Shown here piece after piece: positions 46,857 through 57,000 of a stretch of DNA of 64,000 nt. This DNA comes from Verrucomicrobiota bacterium. Lineage in GTDB: Bacteria > Verrucomicrobiota > Verrucomicrobiia > Limisphaerales > UBA1319. Position 1 is the stretch's first letter; each line of letters opens with the position of its first letter. The position numbers were made by a program, and so were the translations under genes. The notes beneath the pieces were generated by a model that saw only the letters and a program-made list of their open reading frames with translations, was not told the DNA's origin and searched no databases. Where the stretch lies: the NCBI GenBank assembly GCA_022709905.1, contig JAKLHY010000001.1:77463-141462 (forward strand), written 5' to 3'.

Positions 46857-48785
46857 CTAGGAATCTTCGCGGTCGAATGCCGCAAGTCGGCCAGCGGCCG
46901 ATTCCCAGTCGGCCGTCGCTTGCTGAAGGCGCTCCTGAAGGTCCTTAAGCTCGAGGTTGATCTCCACAGCCTGACGTGAATCCTGATAGGTCTCGGGTCT
47001 TTCGAGGGCCGCTACCAATTCAGCCTGACGGGATTCCATGGTGCCGATGTCCTTTTCCAACTGATGCACTGTGTCCTCGTGGACCTTGCGTTCGCGATAG
47101 CGGGCCTGCCGTTGCTCGGCGGCCAGGCGTTTTTGTTCCCGGCGTTCCCGGTTAAGGCTTGAGGTTGAATTTTTTGCGGAGTTTTCAGGACGGGCATTTC
47201 TGCTTTCGATCGCCTGGCGGGCGGCCGTTTTATCGAGGTAATATGGGTAATCGCCGGGATAATGGATCAGAGAACCGTTTTCGACATGGACAACATGATT
47301 GGCGAGCGATCGAATGAAGTAAACATCGTGGCTGATGAACACCAGTGTGCCGTCGAATTGGCTCAAGGCGTAAAGGAGGGCGTCGACGCTGGAAAGGTCA
47401 AGATGGGTGGTGGGTTCATCCATGAGCAAGAGGTTGGGAGGATCCAGCAACAATCGGACCAACGCGAGCCGGCTTTTTTCGCCGCCGCTCAGGACACTGA
47501 TCTTTTTGAAAACATCGTCACCCCGAAAAAGAAAACAGCCGAGCACGCTGCGAACGAAGGTTTCTGTGAGGCGTTGGGGCGTATTGAAAGCCTCTTCGAG
47601 CACGGTCAGGTCGGGATGAAGACATTCGACTCGATATTGCGAATAATAGCCGGCTTTGACCTGGTGTCCGAGCTGTCGGAGGCCCGATTGCGGATGCAGC
47701 ACCCCGGCGCAGAGTTTGAGCAGCGTTGATTTTCCCGCGCCATTTGGACCGACTAACACGATCCGTTGTCCTCGCTCGGCGCGAAAATCGATACCATCAT
47801 AGACGAGATTGTCGCCGTAGCCAAACCGGACCTGGGACAGGGTGAGGACTTTGAGTCCGCTGCGCGGCGGTTGCGGAAACTGGAAATCGATCGTGGCCTC
47901 GGCAGCCTCGGGGGCCTCGATTTTATCCATGCGCTCGATTTGTTTGAGCTTGCTTTGGGCCTGGCTGGCCTTGGTATTTTTTGCCCGAAAACGATCTACA
48001 AATAATTGCAGACGAGCTATTTCTCGCTGTTGATTTTTCCAGGCGGCCAGCAGTTGTTCCTCGTTGGCTTCCCGCTGGTCCAGGTAGTCGTCGTAGTTGC
48101 CTCGATATCGAAAGATTCGTGCCTGCCTGATCTCCACAACACAGGTGACCAGTTGATTCAGGAAATCGCGGTCATGGGAAATCAGAATGATGGCGCCGGG
48201 GTATTCGCGAAGATACTCCTGGAACCAAAGGAGCGATTCCAGATCAAGGTGGTTGGTAGGTTCATCCAGAAGCAACAAATCGGGCTCATGAACCAGCAGA
48301 CGAGCCAGATGCGCTCGCATCACCCAGCCGCCACTGAGTTCCCGAGCCGGTCGATCAAAGTCCCTTTCCCGGAATCCGAGACCACTCAGGATTCTCTTGG
48401 CTTTACCTTCCAATTCCCATCCGCCGAGAAGCGCAAAACGCAACGGATCGCCGGGATCCTTTGACGGTTGTCCTATGGATTCTGGAGCCAAATCTTTCCT
48501 TAAATTGCTCATTTCCAACGTGATGGCCATTGCAAGCTCCAGCACTGTCACCTCCCCGGTGGGGGCGCTTTCCTGGGGCAGATGTCCCACGCTTATGCCG
48601 CGCAGCATCTCGATTCGGCCTGCATCGGGCATTTCTTCTGCCAGGATCAGCTTGAAAAGGGTGGACTTCCCCGCTCCGTTTGGGCCGACCAAGCCGATTC
48701 GGTCTTCACGGTTAACCTGCATGGACACGTCCGAAAACAGGGTCCTTGCTCCGTAACTCTTGCCAATTTCAACCAACGTTAGCAT
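46857..48785 (-). CDS. ABC-F family ATPase (two fused ABC domains plus a C-terminal coiled coil)
   Basis: Two Walker A sites (GPNGAGKST twice), two LSGG signatures (LSGGW, LSGGEKSR), an inter-domain linker, and no TM domain. Confidence 0.88.
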   Translation of the reverse strand: MLTLVEIGKSYGARTLFSDVSMQVNREDRIGLVGPNGAGKSTLFKLILAEEMPDAGRIEMLRGISVGHLPQESAPTGEVTVLELAMAITLEMSNLRKDLAPESIGQPSKDPGDPLRFALLGGWELEGKAKRILSGLGFRERDFDRPARELSGGWVMRAHLARLLVHEPDLLLLDEPTNHLDLESLLWFQEYLREYPGAIILISHDRDFLNQLVTCVVEIRQARIFRYRGNYDDYLDQREANEEQLLAAWKNQQREIARLQLFVDRFRAKNTKASQAQSKLKQIERMDKIEAPEAAEATIDFQFPQPPRSGLKVLTLSQVRFGYGDNLVYDGIDFRAERGQRIVLVGPNGAGKSTLLKLCAGVLHPQSGLRQLGHQVKAGYYSQYRVECLHPDLTVLEEAFNTPQRLTETFVRSVLGCFLFRGDDVFKKISVLSGGEKSRLALVRLLLDPPNLLLMDEPTTHLDLSSVDALLYALSQFDGTLVFISHDVYFIRSLANHVVHVENGSLIHYPGDYPYYLDKTAARQAIESRNARPENSAKNSTSSLNRERREQKRLAAEQRQARYRERKVHEDTVHQLEKDIGTMESRQAELVAALERPETYQDSRQAVEINLELKDLQERLQQATADWESAAGRLAAFDREDS

Positions 48786-48965
48786 TCCTGGCGTGGATTC
48801 TGGGGAATTTTTGATGGGTTAGGCAAGAAGGGAGTGGGAGAACAGGAGGAAAGGAGGATCGAAATCCGTGATGGCCGACACCGGCCAGAGACCCTCGGAC
48901 CGGGCAGGTGAACGCCCAATTTGTGGGGGGGAGCAGCGAACCGAGGCCGCTCCAAGAACGGCGCG

Positions 48966-50732
48966 TTACTTGACAATCACGCCCTGGGGCTCGATCCCGG
49001 ACGTTTGAGATTCGGGATGCTGATGGGTGAAGAGCAACAGCCAATCGCCTTCTGACGGGGTGGCAACTAAAAGGCTGTTTCCATTGATGGTGCCCGCCAC
49101 CGGGAAACGAACGCCGCTGCGTGGATCGATCCATGTCCCCTGGGCATTGACGGGCAGAGCCGACAAACGGAGTTCAATCGTGCGGTCTTCTGGAATGTAA
49201 ATCAGGGCTGTGTCGTCCATCTCGGTTTTTGCCGATGCGACATAACGCCGGGGATTTTCGCGTCCGGGCTGGAGCAACACCTGGTTGGGGGCGGGGCGTA
49301 ACCGGCCGAAGTCAATAGAACTGAACACGTCGAAAACGACACGCATTTGCTCGGCGGCCGGCATCTCAAGGGCCTTTTGCCAGGGCAAAGGGATTCCTGA
49401 GTTGGGATGATCGACGGGCGGTTGGGTGCCATTGTCCCATCCCCAAACTCCATGGCCACCATAGGTGACACCTGCCGGCGGAGCGTTGAGAAGACTCCAA
49501 TAGATCGCCCGACGGACGGTGTGGGCGCTGATCGGGGTGCGGGATTGGTAAGCGACATGGTTTTCGTAGGGGGGTTCCAGGTTGAGAAACGGGCGGACTG
49601 GAGCCTGGGTCCAATCGCGGGTGGGCGGTCCGGTCAACATCCATTCGAGGGTCGAATCGCCATCTCCATGTCCGCTCTGATATCCAAACAGGTCCAGCCA
49701 GGGTTCCTCGCGGAACTCGTCCATGATCCAATGCATTCCGCCCGGGTGCATGACGACAGGGGCATGGGGGAGATTCCCAAACACGGCGCGGCCGATTCGC
49801 CGCCACCGAGCGGCTTTCTCGCCTCGGTAATCGCCATCGCCTCCGAGGATCCATACGACCGCGTGGGCTTGCCATCGGGCAACCAGATAACGCGCCAGCA
49901 GGATGGCCTGATCTTCCGGGAGCGCGTAGCCCGGATTGATGTCGGGCTGACTGCCGCCGCCAATCGCCCAGAGCAACACCGGCGCGTTGAGCAGGCCGGC
50001 CTTATTGACGGCATCTGCTTTCTCGTCGAGCCGCTTGAAGAAATCGGGATTGATGACGATGCGGTCTTTGCCGGTAAAGGCGGTTTCCTGGAGCCGATCG
50101 CCCTTGGGGGCGGCGCGCCATTGGGTGGCTACCCACTGGATGGCCGTGAACTTTTGGCGAGAACGCACGGCAAGATAATGTTCCCATTCTTCGGAGGTCG
50201 ACATCAGGGCGCCGTTCCACGCCGTGTCCCCCAGCCAGAAAAATGGGGTGGTGTCTCCGTGCATCAGATACCGCCGATTGGGAGAAAGCCGCAAAGGTCC
50301 ATGTTGACTGAACCGGGTGGTCTCCGGATTGGCGGTGCAGAAGAACGAACCTGACACACCGTGCAAACCGGGATTTTGGGAATCCGAACAGGTCGAAGTG
50401 TATTTCCATGTGCCGATCTCGGTGGGCAAAAAACGCACTCGCCACTCTCGATTCTCATACCAGAACCCGTCCACGGTCTGCTCCTCCCCCAAAGGAGCCG
50501 TAATGGTGACTTTCACTTGGACGTCTTGGACTGGATTTTCATAGGCGACGGCGCTTTCGAAAAGACGTTCAAACCGCCCCCATTTCGGCACAACAGAAGG
50601 CGATCGTGGCGCAGACGCCGCCTCAATCTCGGGCAGGATCAGGCCCAACACTGTGGCCATCAGCCAGACCGCCAGCCGGAAAGATCGAAAGCTGAGGTTT
50701 TTTTGGCACGACTCGTTCGTGTGGTTGTTCAT
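48966..50732 (-). CDS. Secreted glycoside hydrolase, DUF5060 + DUF4038 (GH140-like) + collagenase-like binding domain
   Basis: Signal peptide. DUF5060-like VKVTITAP...GFWYENREWRVRF.P.E.G.W.Y. DUF4038-like PFFWLGDTAWN...WILGGDGDY. The family assignment is from memory. Confidence 0.65.
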   Translation of the reverse strand: MNNHTNESCQKNLSFRSFRLAVWLMATVLGLILPEIEAASAPRSPSVVPKWGRFERLFESAVAYENPVQDVQVKVTITAPLGEEQTVDGFWYENREWRVRFLPTEIGTWKYTSTCSDSQNPGLHGVSGSFFCTANPETTRFSQHGPLRLSPNRRYLMHGDTTPFFWLGDTAWNGALMSTSEEWEHYLAVRSRQKFTAIQWVATQWRAAPKGDRLQETAFTGKDRIVINPDFFKRLDEKADAVNKAGLLNAPVLLWAIGGGSQPDINPGYALPEDQAILLARYLVARWQAHAVVWILGGDGDYRGEKAARWRRIGRAVFGNLPHAPVVMHPGGMHWIMDEFREEPWLDLFGYQSGHGDGDSTLEWMLTGPPTRDWTQAPVRPFLNLEPPYENHVAYQSRTPISAHTVRRAIYWSLLNAPPAGVTYGGHGVWGWDNGTQPPVDHPNSGIPLPWQKALEMPAAEQMRVVFDVFSSIDFGRLRPAPNQVLLQPGRENPRRYVASAKTEMDDTALIYIPEDRTIELRLSALPVNAQGTWIDPRSGVRFPVAGTINGNSLLVATPSEGDWLLLFTHQHPESQTSGIEPQGVIVK

Positions 50733-50783
50733 GGGCTGTTCGAATGAATGGCAGATGGATTTGATGACAAATCTTCTGGAACG

Positions 50784-52118
50784 TCAGACCTCCCAACCCT
50801 CCCGATACTGGCGTTTGACGTGGCGATTGACGTCGGGCTTGTTGGTGCAGGCCATCTTTTCGACATCCCACTCGATCTTGCTACCTTTGCCGGCAAACTG
50901 CGCTAAATGCCCTGTCAGAGCCATCGAAGTCAAGGGCGCTGCCGCGTCGGGGAAATTCGATGCGGGCGCGCCGCCGTTTCGGATGCACCAATAAAGGTCC
51001 GCGATCGGCCCGTCGCCGTGAGCGCGGGGAAGTGTCTTCGCAGGGCGCGGGAACTGATCGTGCTTTTCCTGGGGGATCATCAATGCGTCACTTCCCAGCA
51101 TTCCCTTGTCGCCGACAAAAAGGGTGAACTCGCCGAACTTGCGGTCTTCTTTCTTTTCGGTTTCTTTCATGACCTCCGGTTTGAGGCCTTCGTGGTCATA
51201 GAGAAACACCTTGCAGGCGGGGAATTTTTCGCGCGCGGGAATGTGATAACAAACGACATTGTCCTGGGGATACTTTTCCTCGCTGCCATTTTGGGTATTG
51301 AGACATTCCACCGTGAAGTGTTTGACTTCCCAGAGTCTCAGAGCCATGAAGGGAACCGCCAGATGATGGCACGCCATGTCCCCGATCGTACCGGTTCCGA
51401 ACTGCCGCCAATCCCGCCAGCTGAAGGGATGCAGCCCCTCATGGTAATCCCGGTAAGGCGCCGGCCCCAGCCATTCGTCCCAGTGCAAATTCTTCGGCAC
51501 TGGCTTGCTCGCCGGACGCCCGCCGCTGCCGCCAAAATTGCGCCCCAGGATGGTATGGGATTCGAGCACCGTGCCGATGGCGCCCGAGGCGACATATTCA
51601 GCCACCCGCCGGATTTGGTCGCCGCAATACCCCTGGTTGCCCATCTGAGAGCAGACCTTCTTTTCCTGGGCGGCCTTCGCAAGGGCGTAACATTCATAGA
51701 TGTTATGGGCCAGCGGTTTTTGGGCAAAGACATGCTTCTTGAGATGGATCGCCCGGATAGCGGCGGGAGCGTGGTGGTGGTCGGGGGTGCCTATCAACAC
51801 GACATCCAGATCGCGGTGGCATTCGTCGAGCATCTTGCGATAGTCATGGTAAATCTTGGGTTTTGCCCGATCCTTCACCTTTTCCTTCATGACGCTGGCG
51901 ATGGTGTTATCGTCGACATCCACAATGGCGACGAGGTTTTCGCGCAGGCCTTCGTCCATGCTGTACCCCCCCATGCCACCGGCGCCGATGACGGCGACGC
52001 CCAGTTTTTGGCTGGGATTGGCAGCGGCAAGCAGGGCGGGGGATCGCAGCAGGCTGACGGCGCCGGCTGCGAACAGGCTGTTCTTCAGAAAAACGCGTCG
52101 GGAATGAGTTCGAATCAT
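50784..52118 (-). CDS. Gfo/Idh/MocA family oxidoreductase with a twin-arginine signal
   Basis: SRRVFLKNSLFAAGAV Tat-like N-terminus, Rossmann GVAVIGAGGMG, and the LIGTPDHHH...EKP motif. Confidence 0.85.
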   Translation of the reverse strand: MIRTHSRRVFLKNSLFAAGAVSLLRSPALLAAANPSQKLGVAVIGAGGMGGYSMDEGLRENLVAIVDVDDNTIASVMKEKVKDRAKPKIYHDYRKMLDECHRDLDVVLIGTPDHHHAPAAIRAIHLKKHVFAQKPLAHNIYECYALAKAAQEKKVCSQMGNQGYCGDQIRRVAEYVASGAIGTVLESHTILGRNFGGSGGRPASKPVPKNLHWDEWLGPAPYRDYHEGLHPFSWRDWRQFGTGTIGDMACHHLAVPFMALRLWEVKHFTVECLNTQNGSEEKYPQDNVVCYHIPAREKFPACKVFLYDHEGLKPEVMKETEKKEDRKFGEFTLFVGDKGMLGSDALMIPQEKHDQFPRPAKTLPRAHGDGPIADLYWCIRNGGAPASNFPDAAAPLTSMALTGHLAQFAGKGSKIEWDVEKMACTNKPDVNRHVKRQYREGWEV

Positions 52119-52463
52119 AAGGAATCTCCTCAGGAGTTAAGACAATCGCAGTTCGGGTGGTGGATGATGGTCGTTTCCACAGCAGGCAGGATAACGTGTT
52201 GGGCTGAAGCTGCAAAGAAAATCCGAGCTGGAAGCGAGACTCGCTCGACAGACTGGACCGCGGGATTTATCCCGCCGTGCCGGTTGCTGCAGGCTCTCAG
52301 GCAGTCCATCGATTTTCCAATCCTTCAGGTCCTCCACATTTAGTCTGCTATGATTCGCGGTTATTGGCGTCGATTCGCAGTTAGGTCATTTTTTTGCGGT
52401 TCAAGGCTGCACTTCTGGCGTTGTGCGCGGAGGTGCGGTGTGAGAGCATTTTGTGAATTGCAT

Positions 52464-53669
52464 ATGACACCGGAGCGATTCCGTTCCTGTTGGGCTTTGA
52501 GCGCGCAAACCGTGTTTCTTAATCACGGTTCGTTTGGGGCTTGTCCTCATCCCATCCTGGCCCGGCAGAATGAACTGCGGGCGGAGATGGAATCCGAGCC
52601 AGTCCAGTTCTTATGGCGTCGGTTCGAGGAACGGCTGGAACCGTCGCGAGCCGAGCTGGCCCGGTTTCTGAAGGCGCGTCCGCGCGATTTGGTGTTTGTG
52701 ACCAATGCCACGACCGCGGTGAACGCCGTCGTGCGCTCGTTGAAGCTTCGCCGCGGGGACGAATTGCTGACGACCAACCAGGATTACAATGCCTGTCACA
52801 ATGTCTTGGCCGAAGGCGTGCGGCGCGTCGGCGCCCGGCTCGTGGTGGCCCAGGTGCCATTTCCAATCCGTCATCCCGATCAGGTGTGCGAGGCTGTTTT
52901 GAACGCCGTGACCTCTCGCACCCGGCTGGCCATGATCGATCACGTCACGAGCGGCACCGCCCTGGTCTTTCCGGTGCGCAAGATGGTTCAGGAATTGCAG
53001 TGTCGCGGCGTCGACACCCTGGTGGATGGCGCCCATGCCCCGGGCATGTTGCCGCTGGCCTTGAACAGCCTTCAAGCCGCGTTCTACACCGGAAACCTTC
53101 ACAAATGGGTCTGCGCTCCGAAAGGCGCCGCCTTCCTGTGGGTTCGCGAGGACATGCAATCCGATCTACAACCCGCCGTCATCAGCCACGGGAACAACAC
53201 GCCCCGCCCGGGATACTCATCGTTCCAGGACCGATTTGACTGGGCAGGTACTTTTGATCCGACCGCCTGGTTTTGCGTGGGCGACGCGATCCGCTGGTTG
53301 GGGGGGGTGCTGCCGGGGGGCTGGTCCGAGCTCCGCCGACGGAACCACCAGCTTGCGGTCGCCGCCCGCCGATTGCTATGCCGACACATCGAGGTCGAGC
53401 CGCCTTGCCCTGAATCGATGCTGGGCTCGATGGCGACCATCCCGTTGCCCCATCGCTTTCAGGGTGCGCCGCGCAATGGCAAGATCGATGAAGAACAATT
53501 GCGTCTTTACGACCTCTTCCACATCGAGGTCCCCTTCTTTCGCGTCGGGAATCCGGAACTTCGCTGTTTTCGCGCTTCAGCCCATCTTTACAACTCGCTG
53601 GAAGACTATCGGCGGTTGGCGAAAAGCCTGGTCGCCTTGTCGGCCGCGGGCCAACCCGACATAGCTTAG
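52464..53669 (+). CDS. Class V aminotransferase-fold PLP enzyme (isopenicillin-N epimerase / cysteine desulfurase-like)
   Basis: FLNHGSFGACP, NATTAVN, DGAHAPG, and the PLP-lysine context GNLHKW. ATG at 52464 (track ORF starts at 52350). Confidence 0.75.
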   Translation: MTPERFRSCWALSAQTVFLNHGSFGACPHPILARQNELRAEMESEPVQFLWRRFEERLEPSRAELARFLKARPRDLVFVTNATTAVNAVVRSLKLRRGDELLTTNQDYNACHNVLAEGVRRVGARLVVAQVPFPIRHPDQVCEAVLNAVTSRTRLAMIDHVTSGTALVFPVRKMVQELQCRGVDTLVDGAHAPGMLPLALNSLQAAFYTGNLHKWVCAPKGAAFLWVREDMQSDLQPAVISHGNNTPRPGYSSFQDRFDWAGTFDPTAWFCVGDAIRWLGGVLPGGWSELRRRNHQLAVAARRLLCRHIEVEPPCPESMLGSMATIPLPHRFQGAPRNGKIDEEQLRLYDLFHIEVPFFRVGNPELRCFRASAHLYNSLEDYRRLAKSLVALSAAGQPDIA

Positions 53670-54226
53670 ATGAATAAACTGTGCCGCCAGCAGAACCGCC
53701 GGTTGCGCGACATCACCAGCCAGACCGCCAAAACCAACAGACACAGGTTCTCCGCCAGTTTCCGGCAGATGTAGACTTCACCGGCGCCACAGCCGCAGTC
53801 GAACTTGATTGCGCAGAAAGGCAGGGATAACACCGCCTGAATGGCCAGGGCGCGCTTGACGAGCACCAGGTTGAATCCCACGAGCATTGTGCCCAGGAGC
53901 AACGCCGATCCGCGCACTCCGATCCCAGTGATCAGCAGCAGACCGCAATAGACCTCGAACCAAGGCAAACTCGCGGCCAGGGCGTTGAGCAGATATGGGT
54001 GCTGGATCATTTCGTATTGGCGCACGAGCTTGAGAAAATCGACCGGATCCAGGGCCTTCGCCAATCCCATGTAAATGAAAGCCACTCCCAGCAACCAGCG
54101 CACGCCTGGAGACCAGACATCCACGCGGCTTTGCCATCGGCCGGCAGGAAGGGATGCCGCGCGAATCATTCCATCAGACCCTCGGGCTCCGGGCTCCGGA
54201 TTCTGCCTGTTGGATTCCGCGCTCAT
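53666..54226 (-). CDS. MauE/DoxX family membrane protein
   Basis: 4-5 TM helices, FIYMGLAKALDP..F, and a C-terminal FDCGCGAG motif. Its ATG overlaps the rhodanese stop (ATGA). Confidence 0.7.
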   Translation of the reverse strand: MSAESNRQNPEPGARGSDGMIRAASLPAGRWQSRVDVWSPGVRWLLGVAFIYMGLAKALDPVDFLKLVRQYEMIQHPYLLNALAASLPWFEVYCGLLLITGIGVRGSALLLGTMLVGFNLVLVKRALAIQAVLSLPFCAIKFDCGCGAGEVYICRKLAENLCLLVLAVWLVMSRNRRFCWRHSLFI

Positions 54227-54933
54227 GGTGGGTTTGTCTCGGACGGGGATGAAGGAGCCGAGGATTGTCCGGGAAGCAGTTGGCCGCTCTGGCGCGCGCC
54301 AATTTCGACCGGCAGGTTATTGGTTTTCCATTCGGTCATGCCCCCGCCGTAAACCCAAAGCCTTTCCTTCAGCACACCCGCCTCGATCAGCATCAGCGCT
54401 GAGAACTCGCTGTCCTCGCACAGGCCACCGTTGCAGTAGATCACCACCTGATCCGCGGTCTGGCATACCGGCAGAATCGTGGCCAGGTGTTTCTCGGCCC
54501 GGTAATGATCAAACTGATAGGCCCCTGGCACATGACCTTCTTGATAATGCTGATCATCTCGGGCATCCAGGAACACCACCAATTCGCTCGCATACCGCGG
54601 ATCCCGAAAAAGTTGGATGACCAGGTTGCTATCAGCCAGCTGCAATCCCTGAGCCTTGAATCGTTCCTTCAGAGACTCCTCGGAAATGGCCGCCAGCGCG
54701 TTGGTCGATTCACTGTTGCCTGCCGGCGGCGCGGCAACAACCGGCCGGCTGACGATCCCAGGAACCGCGCCAGGAAAATAGTTGCGGCTGAGAACCACAC
54801 CGCGCGGGGATAAGTGGTTGGCAACTAAGGCCAGCGCGCCGCCGGCAACAAGGATTACCACTGCCTCCTGGATCACCCGCCATGCGGCAGACCGAGAATT
54901 CGATCTCGGATTGAGCGGCTCGGAATTGTTCAC
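54223..54933 (-). CDS. Membrane-anchored rhodanese-domain protein
   Basis: N-terminal TM anchor. Rhodanese domain FLDARDDQHYQEGHVPGA...VVIYCNGGLCEDS...GGMTEW. Confidence 0.8.
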   Translation of the reverse strand: MNNSEPLNPRSNSRSAAWRVIQEAVVILVAGGALALVANHLSPRGVVLSRNYFPGAVPGIVSRPVVAAPPAGNSESTNALAAISEESLKERFKAQGLQLADSNLVIQLFRDPRYASELVVFLDARDDQHYQEGHVPGAYQFDHYRAEKHLATILPVCQTADQVVIYCNGGLCEDSEFSALMLIEAGVLKERLWVYGGGMTEWKTNNLPVEIGARQSGQLLPGQSSAPSSPSETNPP

Positions 54934-54951
54934 GCCTCGAGGGAAGTTGGG

Positions 54952-56088
54952 TTACTTGCTGGAAATGCCTCCCCAACGTTTGATCGGGACCCGGATCACA
55001 GGAAACCGCGGATGGTTCGATTTCACGTCCAGCTCGATGTTGTCGTTTTGGGCGATCTCGAATCCCTCGGGGAATACGAGCGTGATATTATAGAATCGAC
55101 CCGGTTGCGTCTCTCGCATCTGCAGGTCAACTCCCTTGGCGTTGATGGCCGGGTCCGACAAAGTCAGGACGTTGGTCCCGTTGTTTCGAATCGAAACATT
55201 GTAGGAAGCCTTGACCCGAAGGCCCCCGGGGGGCAGGGCGACCATCGCTGGCAACACCGTGATGGCGTCCTGCACCAGCGCGAAGGCCTTGACACTCAGC
55301 AACGGCATCTCGGTCGAAGAAGTCTTGATGTGGATCAGGCTTCGGAGGTTCTCGGTGGCGGAGGCGGGCTCCGCATGCACCAGTAACTGGAATTCCTTCC
55401 CCTCCTGGATCGTTTTCAACTCGGCTTTGATCTGCTGATTGGTGCTCTCCGGAGCGGAAAGTGTGATGGGCTGATCCAACATATTTGTGATCTTGACCAC
55501 TTTCGGCGCGCTGGCGGGGCCATCGGTCGTGACCGTCATGTACACCGACTTGGGCGTCACCTTGATCGGCCACCAGACCTTGCCCATCAGGCGAAGCGAG
55601 ACCCGTGACTGATGCGGATCGTTGCAGGAGATCAGGATCGCCTTTGAAACCGGTCCGTCAAAATCGGTGGAATCAAACTGGATCGGAATCGTTCCCGTTT
55701 GGCCGGGCTCGACTTTTCGAGACCAATCTCCGGCCGTCGTGCACCCGCACGATGAACGCACATCCGTCACTTCCAGCGTACGATTGCCGGTATTGGTAAA
55801 AACAAACTCGCACTTGACGATCTGGCCGCCGACGATCTTGTCCAGATTGTTTGTCACCGAGGCGAATTGAATTCGCGGGGTCGGGATGGCGGGCGAAGTG
55901 GCGGCGGGGTTGCTGGACTGAGTAACGACGGGAGGAGCAAAGGCGGGAGGCAGAGGCGGCGACTCTCCCCCTAGAACCGAAGGAGTTCCCCCTCGCTGGA
56001 TCAGACCCGCCAGCAGGATGATTCCCAAAGTCTGCCAGATCCGTTGGGCACTCAAGGCGCACGCGCCGTGGTTTCTTGGTGTCTTCAT
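54952..56088 (-). CDS. DUF1573 domain protein (multiple ASH/PapD-like beta-sandwich repeats)
   Basis: Signature VKCEFVFTNTGNRTLEVTDVRSSCGCTTA, followed by further beta-sandwich repeats. Start at 56088 (MKTPRN..., signal anchor) or at 56160. Confidence 0.75.
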   Translation of the reverse strand: MKTPRNHGACALSAQRIWQTLGIILLAGLIQRGGTPSVLGGESPPLPPAFAPPVVTQSSNPAATSPAIPTPRIQFASVTNNLDKIVGGQIVKCEFVFTNTGNRTLEVTDVRSSCGCTTAGDWSRKVEPGQTGTIPIQFDSTDFDGPVSKAILISCNDPHQSRVSLRLMGKVWWPIKVTPKSVYMTVTTDGPASAPKVVKITNMLDQPITLSAPESTNQQIKAELKTIQEGKEFQLLVHAEPASATENLRSLIHIKTSSTEMPLLSVKAFALVQDAITVLPAMVALPPGGLRVKASYNVSIRNNGTNVLTLSDPAINAKGVDLQMRETQPGRFYNITLVFPEGFEIAQNDNIELDVKSNHPRFPVIRVPIKRWGGISSK

Positions 56089-56493
56089 GTCTTGCCTGTC
56101 AATCAAACCTATAAACGATAGTGCATGCAGTCTCCGAGTCAATTTCCAAAAAAACGCCATGAGTTCGAATAGGCCCTACCTCCGCCTGAGACCGACGAGT
56201 GCGTCTGCCGAAAACCTTGGCTGGCCCAACGAGCATGGTCCGCTTCGGTTTTGGCCGCATCCGAAGTCTGCTCCCATCGAGTTATTCATAAACAGCCATT
56301 ATTTCCTTAAGTGGTCTTTTAATTTGCCGAAATATCCTGTGGGGCCCGCATCAGAGTCGCTCCGCGGGCAAGGGGAAACGCCGGGATGGCCTGAAGGGGT
56401 TAACAAGGGGAAAGGCCATCCCGGTGCTCTTTGTGGCGCCGAACCACCAGCTTATGGAAGTGACACAATCCGGCAAATCGATATGCTTCGGTT

Positions 56494-57000
56494 GTGCGCA
56501 CGAAGACGAAGAAACGGCTGGGCGTCTACGCGGGGAGTTTTGATCCCCCAACCATTGGGCATCTCTGGATGATTGAACAGGGAGTGAGCCTTTTTGACCG
56601 TCTGATTGTGGCGGTGGGAACCAATCCCGGCAAACGCTACACCTTCCCGCTGGCAGAGCGAATCAACATGCTCCGCGAATCCCTGGCGCAATATCGGAAC
56701 TTGACGGTCACCTCGTTCTCGAATCGGTTTCTGATTAATTATGCCCATGCCATTCACGCTACGCACATCCTGCGTGGCATCCGTTCCGAGAGCGACTACG
56801 AGTTCGAACGAACGATGCGCAACATCAACGGAGATCTGGATTCGAGGATTAGCTTCGTGTTCTTGATGCCGCCCCGCGATATCGCGGAGGTCAGCTCCAG
56901 TATGGTCAAGGGATTGGTCGGGCCTTTCGGTTGGCAAAAGGTGGTCCGAAAATATGTCCCCGTTCCTGTCTATCGCCGTTTTCTAAACTCTGGCGCATGA
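56494..57000 (+). CDS. coaD: Phosphopantetheine adenylyltransferase
   Basis: GVYAGSFDPPTIGHL, NP.K...F....R, and ISSSMVK motifs. Confidence 0.9.
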   Translation: MRTKTKKRLGVYAGSFDPPTIGHLWMIEQGVSLFDRLIVAVGTNPGKRYTFPLAERINMLRESLAQYRNLTVTSFSNRFLINYAHAIHATHILRGIRSESDYEFERTMRNINGDLDSRISFVFLMPPRDIAEVSSSMVKGLVGPFGWQKVVRKYVPVPVYRRFLNSGA

